Of a DNA stretch of 64,000 bases, positions 12,041 through 22,027 are shown piece by piece. The translations under genes and the position numbers were made by a program. Source of the DNA: Amphiscolops sp. MND2022 (taxonomy: Eukaryota); contig OZ076409.1 of NCBI GenBank assembly GCA_964187785.1, positions 33,666,001-33,730,000 on the forward strand, in the 5' to 3' direction. The number at the start of each line of letters is the position of its first letter. The stretch's first letter is position 1. Below the pieces are notes generated by a model that was given only the letters and a program-made list of their open reading frames with translations, made no database searches and was not told the origin of the DNA.

Positions 12041-12412
12041 TCACTTTTGAGTAGAAATCTGACCGACTTCTCTGCTTGCGTTTTCTATTGGTAATGGATT
12101 TTGGTTTTTTCGACCGCTTTTTTTGCACACGTTTTTTTCGTCTACCAATCTGCTTCCTGATTGTCTTTGAAAATGCTTTTTTTGCTGCTTTTCGAGGTGA
12201 TTTTCGGCTCGTGATCACATCCAATACTTCTGGAACACTTTGTTCAAGTATTTTTTTCCAAATGACTTTGCTGCTGGTAGTAAAAATTTTTTAGCAAAAG
12301 GCAATGCTACGCGACCAATTCCTGCTGCTAATGCTCCAATCCCACTGCCTCGCTGTCTATAATAACTTGAAGTGTTTTGCAAACACTTGATTGCGTAGTA
12401 CTCATCCATCAT
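12021..12412 (-). pseudogene. Conserved small Polinton virion/core-type protein (QRGSGIG motif, amphipathic helix, K/R-rich tail), split by a frameshift
   Basis: ORF 12215-12412 YRQRGSGIGALAAGIGRVALPFAKKFLLPAAKSFGK, continued by ORF 12021-12224, which is very basic. Canonical position between the minor and major capsid genes. Confidence 0.7.
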
Positions 12413-12414
12413 GC

Positions 12415-13264
12415 AAACTTTTTGAACTTTAGGGTTATTACTACCTGTCCTTTTCCAACAAATGGAACAAGGTGACCCGTTTCTGTTCTGAGTTGAATAC
12501 TTATTGTTTGAATGTTTTGAACCAACAGTTTTTTGTATTACAAATCAAAAAATGATCTTGTCTGTACGCTTTGCAAAGTCAAGACCTTTCCGTTCTCTAT
12601 GCGTTTTCCACTATCTACTATTCGTAGTACAGGTGCTTTCACATCTCCAGTATTCTGATAGTAAATCAAGTCTGAGTAAACGAAAATCAACGCTATTCCG
12701 GAGGGAAGTCATAAGGATAGTCTGCCACAAGTGTTCTAGGTGTTGATAACCCTTCATTTCCGATGTAAATACCAAATGGAGTCTTTTTTCCCCTGAAACA
12801 CAGTAGGTTTGGAATGATTTTAGTTGGAAACGTCAAACCAGCATTTGCATCAAAATGGATTTCAACTCCGCCATCTCTTTTGTTTCTACCATCCTCAAGG
12901 GTCACTGGAAGAAGCTTACGTATTCCAAATAGTAACGATTGAATACTGTCATACTCTTCGTCACCCAGCTGCATTTTTTGATAGTAGGGTACACCTATTT
13001 CTTTTTCTTCGACATTCTCAGTCTCAATTTCTTCTTCAGAGCTCTCATTGGCGTCATTTTTTGTTTGCTTTTCATGACATAATAGAAAAAATCTGTGTAA
13101 ACATTACTTATTTGAGATGGGAAAATAATTTCCGATAGAGCCACTCTCCAATCACCTTCCAAGGAAAAGTTTTGAGGTAGCTGGTTTTTGAATGATGCTA
13201 GTGTGTTGTCATCAAAAATACCCACCGAGGGGGTGGATAATAAATGAATTTCAAATTCGTCCAT
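12415..13264 (-). pseudogene. Single jelly-roll minor capsid protein / penton (PX), frameshifted
   Basis: FEIHLLSTPSVGIFDDNTLASFKNQLPQNFSLEGDWRVALSEIIFP is the typical PX N-terminus. C-terminus ...IQTISIQLRTETGHLVPFVGKGQVVITLKFKK. Confidence 0.85.
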
Positions 13265-14138
13265 TTTTCCGAACCAAAATTTTCTTGTTGATAAAATTTT
13301 CCCAGTAGTTTTTCTCCTTGGGAGTCTTGTAGGTTGTATGTAGGAGGACCGAGGGTAGCAATTTTATCGATTTGGAAAACTTCGTCAGAGTAATTTTGCT
13401 TGTAGCCTTTTTTGAACGGTAAATCTTCCTTTGCCACTCTCACAAGATCCCCTTCTTTTAATTTTGGTTTGTGTAACGTATTGACATTTGTTAAGGAAAC
13501 TAGATGAGCTGTTGCTTCTTTTCAACGTTTTTCGGAGCCAAACCAGTCACTCTGTTGACACGTGAATTAATAACGTCAACAAAATCAAAGTTTGTTCATA
13601 AAATGATGAGTCCACTTTTTTTCCAAGTGCTTGTAAATGATATTTTTAGTGAACGAAAATTGCGTTCAGCAAAAGCAGACTTTGTTTCGCTGTGAGTATT
13701 GTAGGTTTCAACTCCTTTAGACTCACAAAATTGTTCATATTCCCCTTTAAACTCTGTGTCTTTGTCAGATCAAACTTTTTCAGGGAGATCCTTGGAGATC
13801 ATTCGTTTAAACGCCCGGGTTGTGTCGACCGCTGTTTTCGTTTTCATTGGTTGAACTCGTAAAAATCGTGAGAGGACATCTGCAATTAGTAAATATTTTA
13901 CACCATTATTGTATCCGGCTATTTTATCCATATAGGCAATATCTATCGACTAAATTTCATTGATTCTGTAGGCTTGAACTTGGAGTCGAGAATTTTGTTC
14001 TAGGAGCTCGGTATTTCGTATGGGCATCCGTTTGCGCCAAAAACTTTTTCGGTAGTCTGCTTGCTTTTTTCAAACTCTGTACACTACCATAAGCGGCTGC
14101 ACCTGGTGTGTAAAGTTTTCCTTAAGTTTTGCTTTCAT
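13265..14138 (-). pseudogene. Retroviral-like (RVE) integrase of the Polinton, with nonsense mutations
   Basis: AAYGSVQSL, EI*SIDIAYMD, KV*SDKDTEFKG, AFAERNFRS and C-terminal FKKGYKQNYSDEVF...YNLQDSQGEKLLGKFYQQE. Two conserved Trp codons have become TAG and TGA. Confidence 0.9.
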
Positions 14139-14720
14139 TTCGAGAGAGTTGTACACTCTTTCGATCCAGACGCTTTGCTTGTAGCACCTTCTTTAGATTC
14201 TGTGTCGCTGGCATCTGATTCAAATTCAGTAGAACTCCTTCTCTTTCTTGTCACTGCACTAGGGTTCAAAATGTTTTTGGCTGTTTTATTGGGCACCAAG
14301 TTAGTGTTCAATTTCAATTCCTTGAGGATTACGGATATGAGGGATCAGTCAAGTTTTTGTTTGGTTGTTGTAGGTTGTAGAGAACAGTTGAGAGGGGAAT
14401 TTTTGTGGAGTTTTTGTTGACTGTTATTCCACAAGTGTCGTTAAAATCAACTGTAACAGAATCTTCAAATATACTCAAAATCTCTCGACTTTTTTGTTTT
14501 TGGGCTGTTATAAGCATATCCAATGGTTTCAAAACGGTTTTATTGGAAATTTTTCTTTCGGTTCTTTCGTTGAAGCGTCTGGAAAGGTTTTGTCTCTTCG
14601 GAGTAAACTCAATGATTTGGCCTTTTGCTCCACTTCTGGATCTTTCAAAACTTATAATGTTGAATTGTTTTTTTGAGTGTGGAAACTTTTGGGTATTAAT
14701 ATGAACTCCTGGGTGTTCAT
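14135..14720 (-). pseudogene. Conserved Polinton ORF upstream of the integrase (function unknown), disrupted
   Basis: MNTQEFILIP...ILSIFEDSVTVDFNDTCGITVN...STVLYNLQ...LNTNLVPNKTAK, pieced together from adjacent ORFs. Confidence 0.55.
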
Positions 14721-16087
14721 CACAAAAAAATTAATTTGTTAGATAGCAGAAACAGGGACGCGAAATCAAATTCAACAGTTTGAGACCTTTTTTGGACATT
14801 AGAATTTTTCTACGCTTCTGATTGGAAGTCGATCTTTTACACAGCTGTTTGATCTGTTGCTTGTGAAATTTAAGCTCATTCAAGTTCACTGGTACTGTAC
14901 CGTTTATAATATTCACTGCACACTCACAACAGAATTTTAGATATTCAATGTTACAGTTTTTTATAAATTGTTGCTGCTGAAGTGAAGTGAATAATTTTTC
15001 CAAAAGACTAAGTATATGCAAATTTTTCGCGCTCATTGTCAATCTCTGTAGTTTTAGCTTGTGATGAAGGCACAGTTGGTTCTGGGCCGACAATGTTTGA
15101 ACAAAATCGCAAACAATCAATTTGGATCCAGATCTATTAGTAAATGACCATAAGGCTCTGCAACAGCTTTTGTGTAACATTCCTCCAGAAAATTAACTTT
15201 ATTCAATTGTCTTCCAAAGTATTCAATTTGTTGACTGTCTCGAGGTGAATTGAAAATAATGTGCGTGGTGTTTGGGTCGATTGTTCGTGACCACTTGCTC
15301 TGATGAAAAATATCGTGTTTGATAAAAATGCATTGAATTCCTCGATGACGTCCAGAAACTGCAAATTTGTATTGTTGAATTGTTTCTTTGAGTGTGGAAA
15401 CTTTCGGGTATTAATATGAACTCCTGGGTGTTCATCACAAAAAAAAATAATTTGTTAGATAGCAGAAACAGGGACGAGAAATCAAAGTCAACAGTTTGAG
15501 ACCTTTTTTGGACATTAGAATTTTTTACGCTTCTGATTGGAAGTCGATCTTCTACAGAGCTGTTTGAGCTGTTGCTTGTAAAATTTAAGATCATTCAAGT
15601 TCACTGGTACTGTACCGTTTATAATATTGACTGCACACTGACAACAGAAATTTAGAAATTCAAGGTCACAGTGTTTTAAAAATTGTTGCTGCTGAAGTGA
15701 AGTGAATAATTTTTCCAAAAGACTGAGTATATGCAAATTTTTCGCGCCCATTGTCAATCTCTGTAATTTTAGCTTGTGATGAAGGCACAGTTGGTTCTGG
15801 GCCGACAATGTTTGAACAAAATTGCAAACAATCATTTTGGATCCAGATCAATTAGTAAATGACCATAAGGCTCTGCAACAGCTTTTGTGTAACATTCCTC
15901 CAGAAAATTAACTTTATTCAATTGTCTTCCAAAGTATTCAATTTTTTGACTGTCTCGAGGTGAATTGAAAACAATAATGTGCGTGGTGTTTAGGTCAATT
16001 GTTCGTGACCACTTGCTCTGATGAAAGAGATCGTGTTTGATAAAAATGCAGTGAATTCCTCGATGACGTCCAGAAAATGCAAATTTG
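14657..16087. repeat. ~715-bp direct tandem duplication inside the Polinton (copy 1 ~14657-15369, copy 2 ~15373-16087)
   Basis: Constant offset of 715 (e.g. small-ORF ATG at 15036 vs 15751), ~90% identity by eye. Confidence 0.92.
14731..15036 (-). CDS. Small basic conserved Polinton protein (copy 1); copy 2 at 15515-15751 is frameshift-truncated
   Basis: MSAKNLHILSLLEKL...FCCECAVNIINGTVPV...KRRKIL matches the family pattern (L/I)CECALNIL.GNVPL. Confidence 0.75.
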   Translation of the reverse strand: MSAKNLHILSLLEKLFTSLQQQQFIKNCNIEYLKFCCECAVNIINGTVPVNLNELKFHKQQIKQLCKRSTSNQKRRKILMSKKGLKLLNLISRPCFCYLTN

Positions 16088-16381
16088 GCAAAATCTTCTT
16101 GTTCATAAACTTTTTCCCAGGAATCATCAAAAATTAGTAAACAGTCCTGAAGGGTCTTTATCAGATCAAAATTGAGACAATTGACAAATTCAATATTCAT
16201 CTTTCTCTCCACTTCCTTGAAAATAAGTTGAAAGTCTCTGTAAAAATAGTAGACTTTGTTGAACCTTGGATAGAAGGTCTCGGATGTGAGCATTGAGAAA
16301 ATTAGTCGAGTTTTTCCCGACCCAGACGGACCAACTACAGATATGAAAACTCTGTCGGTTGTAAAAAATTATCTTGCTTAT
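15720..16381 (-). pseudogene. A32/FtsK-like genome packaging ATPase, start disrupted
   Basis: Walker A GPSGSGKT (~16310-16335) is in frame with ORF 15832-16293, which has Walker B LLIFDD, GRHRG, RTIDLN and PYGHLLIDL. A 1-nt shift lies in a T-run near the start. Confidence 0.92.
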
Positions 16382-16636
16382 GGATTCGGACCAGGTATCA
16401 AATATCCAACTGCACCACCCAAAAGTGAAGTCCAGAATGGCATATCCTCGCAGGGTACTCCATAGTAAAATAGCTTTAGCAAGCAAACTGATATGAGGAG
16501 GAATACTAAAATCCTTGAGATCTTGGTATTTTGTGGAATTACAAAACTTCCAAGCAGGTCTTTCCTGATTGTTTTCATCGTATATAATTTCATGACTAGT
16601 TATTGCGTCTGGCGAGTCTACTGGTTCTGAGTGCAT
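16378..16636 (-). pseudogene. Conserved small Polinton membrane protein, frameshifted
   Basis: ERPAWKFCNST... followed, after a shift, by ILVFLLISVCLLKL...FWTSLLGGAVGYLIPGP. Resembles the family W.SLLSS..GY.LP.P motif. Confidence 0.65.
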
Positions 16637-16789
16637 GGTTAAAAAAAGGAAATTGATAAAGTAGGTGAATTGAAATTACAAATCAATCAAGTCAGCATGC
16701 TCAGTACACGTATTGTAGAAAATTTCGTACTGCTCAAAAGTACAGCAAAATGTAAATGAAATTGTGTTTCTTGTACACAATTGTTTTTT

Positions 16790-17362
16790 TCCGCTTGGCA
16801 ATGTTGAGGAAGTCTGGTCAGCTGAAGCAAGAAATCCGTTCTTCTTGTCGTTTTGTTACCAGGAGGAAAATTATTAATGTACAAAAGGAAGCAAGCACAA
16901 GTGTATATCGTTTTTTTTCACTGTTAGCAGCAATTGAATTCTTTGGAGGTGTGTAGAAGAATGAAGGAGTTCCATTCCAAATCGTCACTCTGCAAATCGA
17001 TTTTGAAGCATGGACGTCTTTTACCAAATCCACAAAAGTACCGAATTCTGAGGACTTTGTTCTCTTCCACATTTTTTTCAACAATTTACTTGCTGTAAAC
17101 TTTACTATACTTGTATAGACACCCACAACTGATTTTCCTTTACCACTTTTTGTAATTGTTCTGGAGTAAGGTTCAAATTTGTATTTCTCTGTTGAACTAG
17201 GCAAAAGCTGATAACATAGTTTCCAGAAATTTCAAAATTGTTAGTTTTCTCAAATGGTAATCTGTAGAAGACTTGTTGTACTTTAATCAGATCTATTTCT
17301 TTTGACTTCATTCTTCCTTTCCAGTGTGAATCATTTTTTACGCCAAGTATGAAAACGTTCAA
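16790..17362 (-). pseudogene. Decayed Polinton ORF of unknown function next to the right TIR
   Basis: Overlapping ORF pieces 17105-17362 and 16818-17204; no motif recognised. Confidence 0.3.
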
Positions 17363-17644
17363 CTGAAAGATGAATCGAACAACTTGTTTATTGAGTTTCT
17401 AACGCCAAATGAAAAGGAACGCTTTTCTTCAAGAATAGAAACAATTCCAGGTTTCGAAATAAAACGAACGTTTTTCTCGAGCAGCGAAGGATTCTCGAGT
17501 TCTGAATGAACAGTATTTCCTAACGCCGACACAATTCTGGCAATCGAATCAATATCTTTTCCGAGCGCCGAATCAATTCCGACTACCGAATCAACGTTTT
17601 CCCCGAACAATCCCGACGTTCATTTCGACCGCCGAAAGAAACAA

Positions 17645-17843
17645 TTTTTCCGAGCGCCGAATCAATGCCGACATTAATTCAGACCGCCGAATCAATTCTG
17701 ATTCATTCCGACCGCGGAATGAAAGTCAATTAAAAGGAGCGGCTCCTAAATGTCCTTTTATGGAAGGCTCCGACCCCGTTGCAAACCCGGCCGCAGGGAG
17801 GGGCTCCGACCCCATTGCAAACCTGGCCGTTGTCCTCACTACT
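17645..17843 (-). repeat. Polinton right terminal inverted repeat (extra degenerate CCGAATCAAT repeats extend to ~17530)
   Basis: Reverse complement of 3015-3216; ends ...CACTACT and is followed by TSD CACTGC. Confidence 0.95.
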
Positions 17844-18343
17844 CACTGCATTAAATGCAAACCAACTACTCTAGTAAATTTTCTTCGTTTTTTGGATCAA
17901 GTCGAAGTGACCAAAAAGTTAGTCAAAAGTTCAAAATGTTCAGTGGCTTCGCTTGCTCATATAGAAAGCATTCGAAGGATCCTTTGTAAGGGTTTCATGA
18001 CTTTTTGTTATGCTAGAAGCCTTTTTGAGATGAAGCTTCCCTTCATATAATTTCAGGCAGAGTGATTATCATTCAGAATTTTCACAATAACAGTCCCTCG
18101 GCATTTTTAAAACACCGTTTTTGCAACCTCACGTGAGGCATGGACCTGATTCCTTCCAGACTTGTTTTTATTCCAGAGTAAAAAACGGAAATCAAAATGG
18201 TCAATTCATGTTTTTGTCATCATCAATCAATAGAGAAAAATTTATTCAATAAACCACACACCATAACTCCAAGTCTACTATGATTCTCATATTTTAGGGT
18301 TTCAAGATTTTCCTTCGTTTCAACTAAGGAGAAAACTGATATC

Positions 18344-20331
18344 CTATTTCTTACTGAGTTCCACAATTTTGTTGACCATCTTTGCAATTCCATCGACGAT
18401 TAGATGCCACTTAGTCTCGCACATGAACGCTGGCGTCGTTACAATGTTGTGAGAGGCGTCCACGTGAATTTCATCCACCTCTTTGGGTACGTGGATAGAA
18501 TTCATGGCTTTCACTGCTCCTGTGGCCCCACTGTAGGGCCATTTGCCCCCCTGTTCATCCTCTTGGCCCATGGTGACCTCACAGCCCGGGAAGAGTTTGG
18601 CCGCAATCACAGGGGATATGCAGCACAGCCCAATCGGCTTTTTCTGGCTGTGAAATGATTTAAGGACCTCACTCAGTCTCGAGTCCACCGTCATTTCCGC
18701 CTGAAGCATCCATGAATACGTTGTAATACTGAAATGTACCAGCTAGGAGACGGGTCAATAAATTGAGCGTATTATCGTTGAAATTTTGGCATTGAAATGA
18801 CAGCAATAGCTTCTTTTTTTTAGGCTTCTTAAAAACAATCACAGATGATCACATCAAAGTTTTATCACGGCCAACATTTTTGAAACAAGGCGGAACGTCT
18901 CTAGTCAGCGCCTCACTTAGTTAAAACGACCACGTCCAGTGCTAGAAAAAATTGAAGGTGCCGAAAAGTGAATAAAAGGAGGGACCTTCGAGTTCAACAA
19001 AGCTTTTCCCAACTAAAAACCTCGGAAAACCAAGAGAGGACCCTCTGGTGGAATTTTTGAAAACTCGGGAGTTGCAGTGCCAAAAAGCTCAATGAGAGAC
19101 CCGTGTTCTCACGCAATTTTGTAATGGAGATGAAAATGTTTAAAATGACGGAAGAACCCTTTGGCTTCTCTGTATGCTGCTTATTTTGGCTGAAAGTCGG
19201 TTCAAAAAGTGGACCATCTGCTTTCGTAGCATTTCTGTCTCAAAGCAAAAATAAAACTGATAGTTGGACGTTTTCACTCTTGATTAAAGAAAACTAGAAT
19301 AAAAATGTCAGACTTGATTGCTTTACGTTAATTGAATTCACAGGTTGAGGCAATAATTTACTTATAAACCAGCCCTGATGCATCCATTATCAGAAACCAT
19401 GCACTAGAAAAATGAGAACAGGCGTTCCAAAAATCTTTGTGCCTCGTAACAAACAAGTTATTTTCTTTGGGGTTCAACTTATTATACGAATCGAAAGTAG
19501 AAAATGGCGACTCAAAAAAGGCATGCGCGATTTCTTGAATTCATTTTGCACTCAAGGTTTTGTGATTGGTGGGCCACGTGATTTCAGTTGTTTACCTTGA
19601 AATACCTTTTGTTTGTTCCCATCGCACCAATTTACCTGGCTGGTTGCGAAGGTTGACAGATTTTTGGCAGCTCCAAAGCCCCCGGGTACAATGATTGCAT
19701 CATGCTCTTCTGGCTTCAGCGAATCCAGAGATGTCACTTTACCTCTGGCAATTCTAGCACTTTCTGTTAGCACGCTTCTTGTTTCACCTTCAGTAGGGGC
19801 TCCTTCAGTAAAGAAAGGTGGATCAACCGAGCATGACTATGTTTTCTATAAAACAGAATATCATGTTTCTCCAGAAAATCGGTCTATTAAAAACTTCGAA
19901 CATTGCCGATATTTTTTTAACCATCAGGTATAATGACACAATTTACAATTTGAAAAAAAAGATTTATGAAAATCAGTTCAAAACAAAAGGTATACGTATG
20001 TGAAAAAAAAATTTGAAGTGAAACCTTTGGTGTGATCGATCACGTGCATTTGAGGTTTCTCAGGAGCGAACAGTGAAATCTCAGCTCCGGCTCTGCTCAG
20101 GGCCATGATGACGGAACTGGCTTCGTGCACCTCAGTGCCGTCATAGACACCACAGCCAGCCAGAACAACGGCCACCTTGGGGCCTGAGGCATCCCAGAGG
20201 TGATGGTGAGTGCGGGCCATCATCAAACTCACAGCTAGTTTCTCACAAGACCTCAAGATAGAGAAAGTAGTCTTTGTTTTGGAAAGTTGAGCAGTGTTCA
20301 ATATCAGTCTCGCGCTTGATCTGCTTAGCAT
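18344..20331 (-). CDS. GATD3: ES1 protein homolog / glutamine amidotransferase-like class 1 domain-containing protein 3 (DJ-1/PfpI family); exons 20025-20331, 19636-19802, 18344-18700
   Basis: [65 protein letters not shown] junctions join in frame (phases 1 and 0). N-terminus resembles a mitochondrial presequence. Confidence 0.95.
18883..19306. mobile_element. Diverged HINE-like repeat copy in GATD3 intron 2
   Basis: Starts aaacaaggcggaacgtctctagtcagcgcc, has gggaccc motifs and a degenerate terminal hairpin with A-run. Confidence 0.45.
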
Positions 20332-20552
20332 GACATTCAACACTGGAAGAAAAACCTTGAACTCTAGTAAGAATGAAAGACAGAAATTGACATTGAGAAG
20401 ATATCATACATCTCCTATTTCGATGCCATACATGTACTGCCAAGGAAAATAATAATTTGTTGGGTCATAGTTGAAACGAATGAAACATCAATTATTGCAG
20501 AGAAGCTTCTCGGGCAAATGCAAAAAGACGTCGAAAAGAAGTATGAGACCTT

Positions 20553-21201
20553 TGTTAAGAAAAACTTTAAGAATATATTTTTGAAAGCACTGTCTTTTGT
20601 TGAGTGAATGAAAAAGTGATGAAACGTGAACAATGAATGAGTCAAGCGGGATAGCAAAAAGTTGTCAATGAATATGACTAATTTTATACAGCACAGCATG
20701 AAATTGAAGGAAACATGTTTACATGTTTAGGTTCTCAACATCCAGGACACCTTGAATTTATTCAATAATTTGAGATTCAAAATGTCTGAATTTGCTGATC
20801 GTGATGCCAACCGTTCATCCTCTGGACGTCATAGACGAGTTCCTGAGTACTCTTTCTTCAGCCCCAGAGAGAACAGAAGAAATACCACTATCACGAATTT
20901 GCCGTCTTTCAATGAGCAATTTTTTCTAATCCAGAACGGAAGTTCAGCCGTGTTCCATTGCGAACCATTGAGGAAATATGGAATAAACCTTTGGAAGTGG
21001 CTCCGATTCACAAATCAGTTCGGTGGTAAGATTGAGTGACAAGGATCCAGCAAACTTGAAAGGACTTTCCTTTGATGATATTCCTTCATCATGGGGAGGA
21101 TTGAGTGTTAACAATTGTGACGATAGCCCTGCCCGTGTAAGATCGGGTGTGAAAATTCAATTCTTTCACTATCGATCATCTTTTGGATGCATCACAGTTA
21201 A
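20553..21201. repeat. LTR-like repeat, 3' copy (may extend to ~21991)
   Basis: About 85% identical by eye to 25484-26099; shared sequence ends at ...ggatgcatcacagttaa in both copies. Confidence 0.8.
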
Positions 21202-21590
21202 TCTTCGAACGTTTAGATTTAATCGTGGAAAAGTCAAGCTCCCGAGCTTTTTACCATGATCTGGAAAAGGAGGGGCGCTCATTCGTCATACATATCTCTG
21301 GGAGAAAACTGTGGAGGTTCTGCGCCTTATCGAATTTGGGTCAGGAGCTTGATCGAGAAGCAAGAGTGAGAAGAACATCACACTCTGGAACTGTTCGCTT
21401 AAAAGAAAGCCTTAAGCCAACAAGAGCTGCGCAGATATTTCGGACTGTCGTTGAGCCGGGTTGCACTGTTTATTTTCCATACGGTTTCCTGCATTCAGTG
21501 TGGACCGAAGTAGAGCAACGCAATTGTAACTGTATTTGCTCTGTGGAGCGGAATATATCCGATGAATGGTGTAACCGTCAAAGAATATAG
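20782..21590 (+). pseudogene. JmjC-like (cupin 2OG/Fe(II) dioxygenase) reading frame, frameshifted, antisense to the BEL gag-pol
   Basis: SSSRAFYHDLEKEGRSFVIHISGRKLWRF ... RTVVEPGCTVYFPYGFLHSVWT follows the JmjC consensus (S.T.FHxD, G.K.W, Q.PG..VF.P.GW.H.V). Confidence 0.7.
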
Positions 21591-22027
21591 GCTTATGACA
21601 ACTGCTGTGGGCAAGAGCCGTAAAGGGCATAAGATTATCACAGAATAGAGCTAAGCATGAAACAAAACTATGTTAATTTTGATATATCATGAAAATGGAA
21701 TGCAACGAAGTAGAGCAGCTAGCTAGGGTTCTTTAACCAATGCGATCAGATAAAATGGAGTGAATCATCAAAATTTTTGATCTAAGATTTTTTTTCTGTA
21801 TATGCTGTTAAGTCCAAAATGCACAATAGTACAGACTTCAAAATATATCCATTTTTAAGAGGGATGTATTTGCCAGAGCGGATGAGAAGGTAAATATTGC
21901 TGAAAAGTAAAATGGGTCACTTAGGGCAACTTTTTGGTGAAGATGATTGTAGTGAATTTTGAAAACTCGTAGATAACCAATTTGAATAACACTTATCTGA
22001 TGATTCGGTGAAGTAGTAGTGCCCTGG

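Larger units (their letters stand above)
3015..17843 (-). mobile_element. Polinton/Maverick (self-synthesizing DNA transposon / endogenous virus), full-length but decayed, 14,829 bp
   Basis: Termini AGTAGT...ACTACT, ~200-bp TIRs and identical 6-bp flanks CACTGC (3009-3014, 17844-17849). Recognisable pPolB, PRO, MCP, mCP, INT and ATPase genes, all but the protease disrupted by stops or frameshifts. Confidence 0.97.

Noticed and set aside
13265-14138. Alternative genetic code (TGA/TAG read as Trp) in the Polinton
   Set aside because: Both TAG and TGA replace Trp, many frameshifts co-occur, and host genes use TGG and standard stops; ordinary decay explains it.
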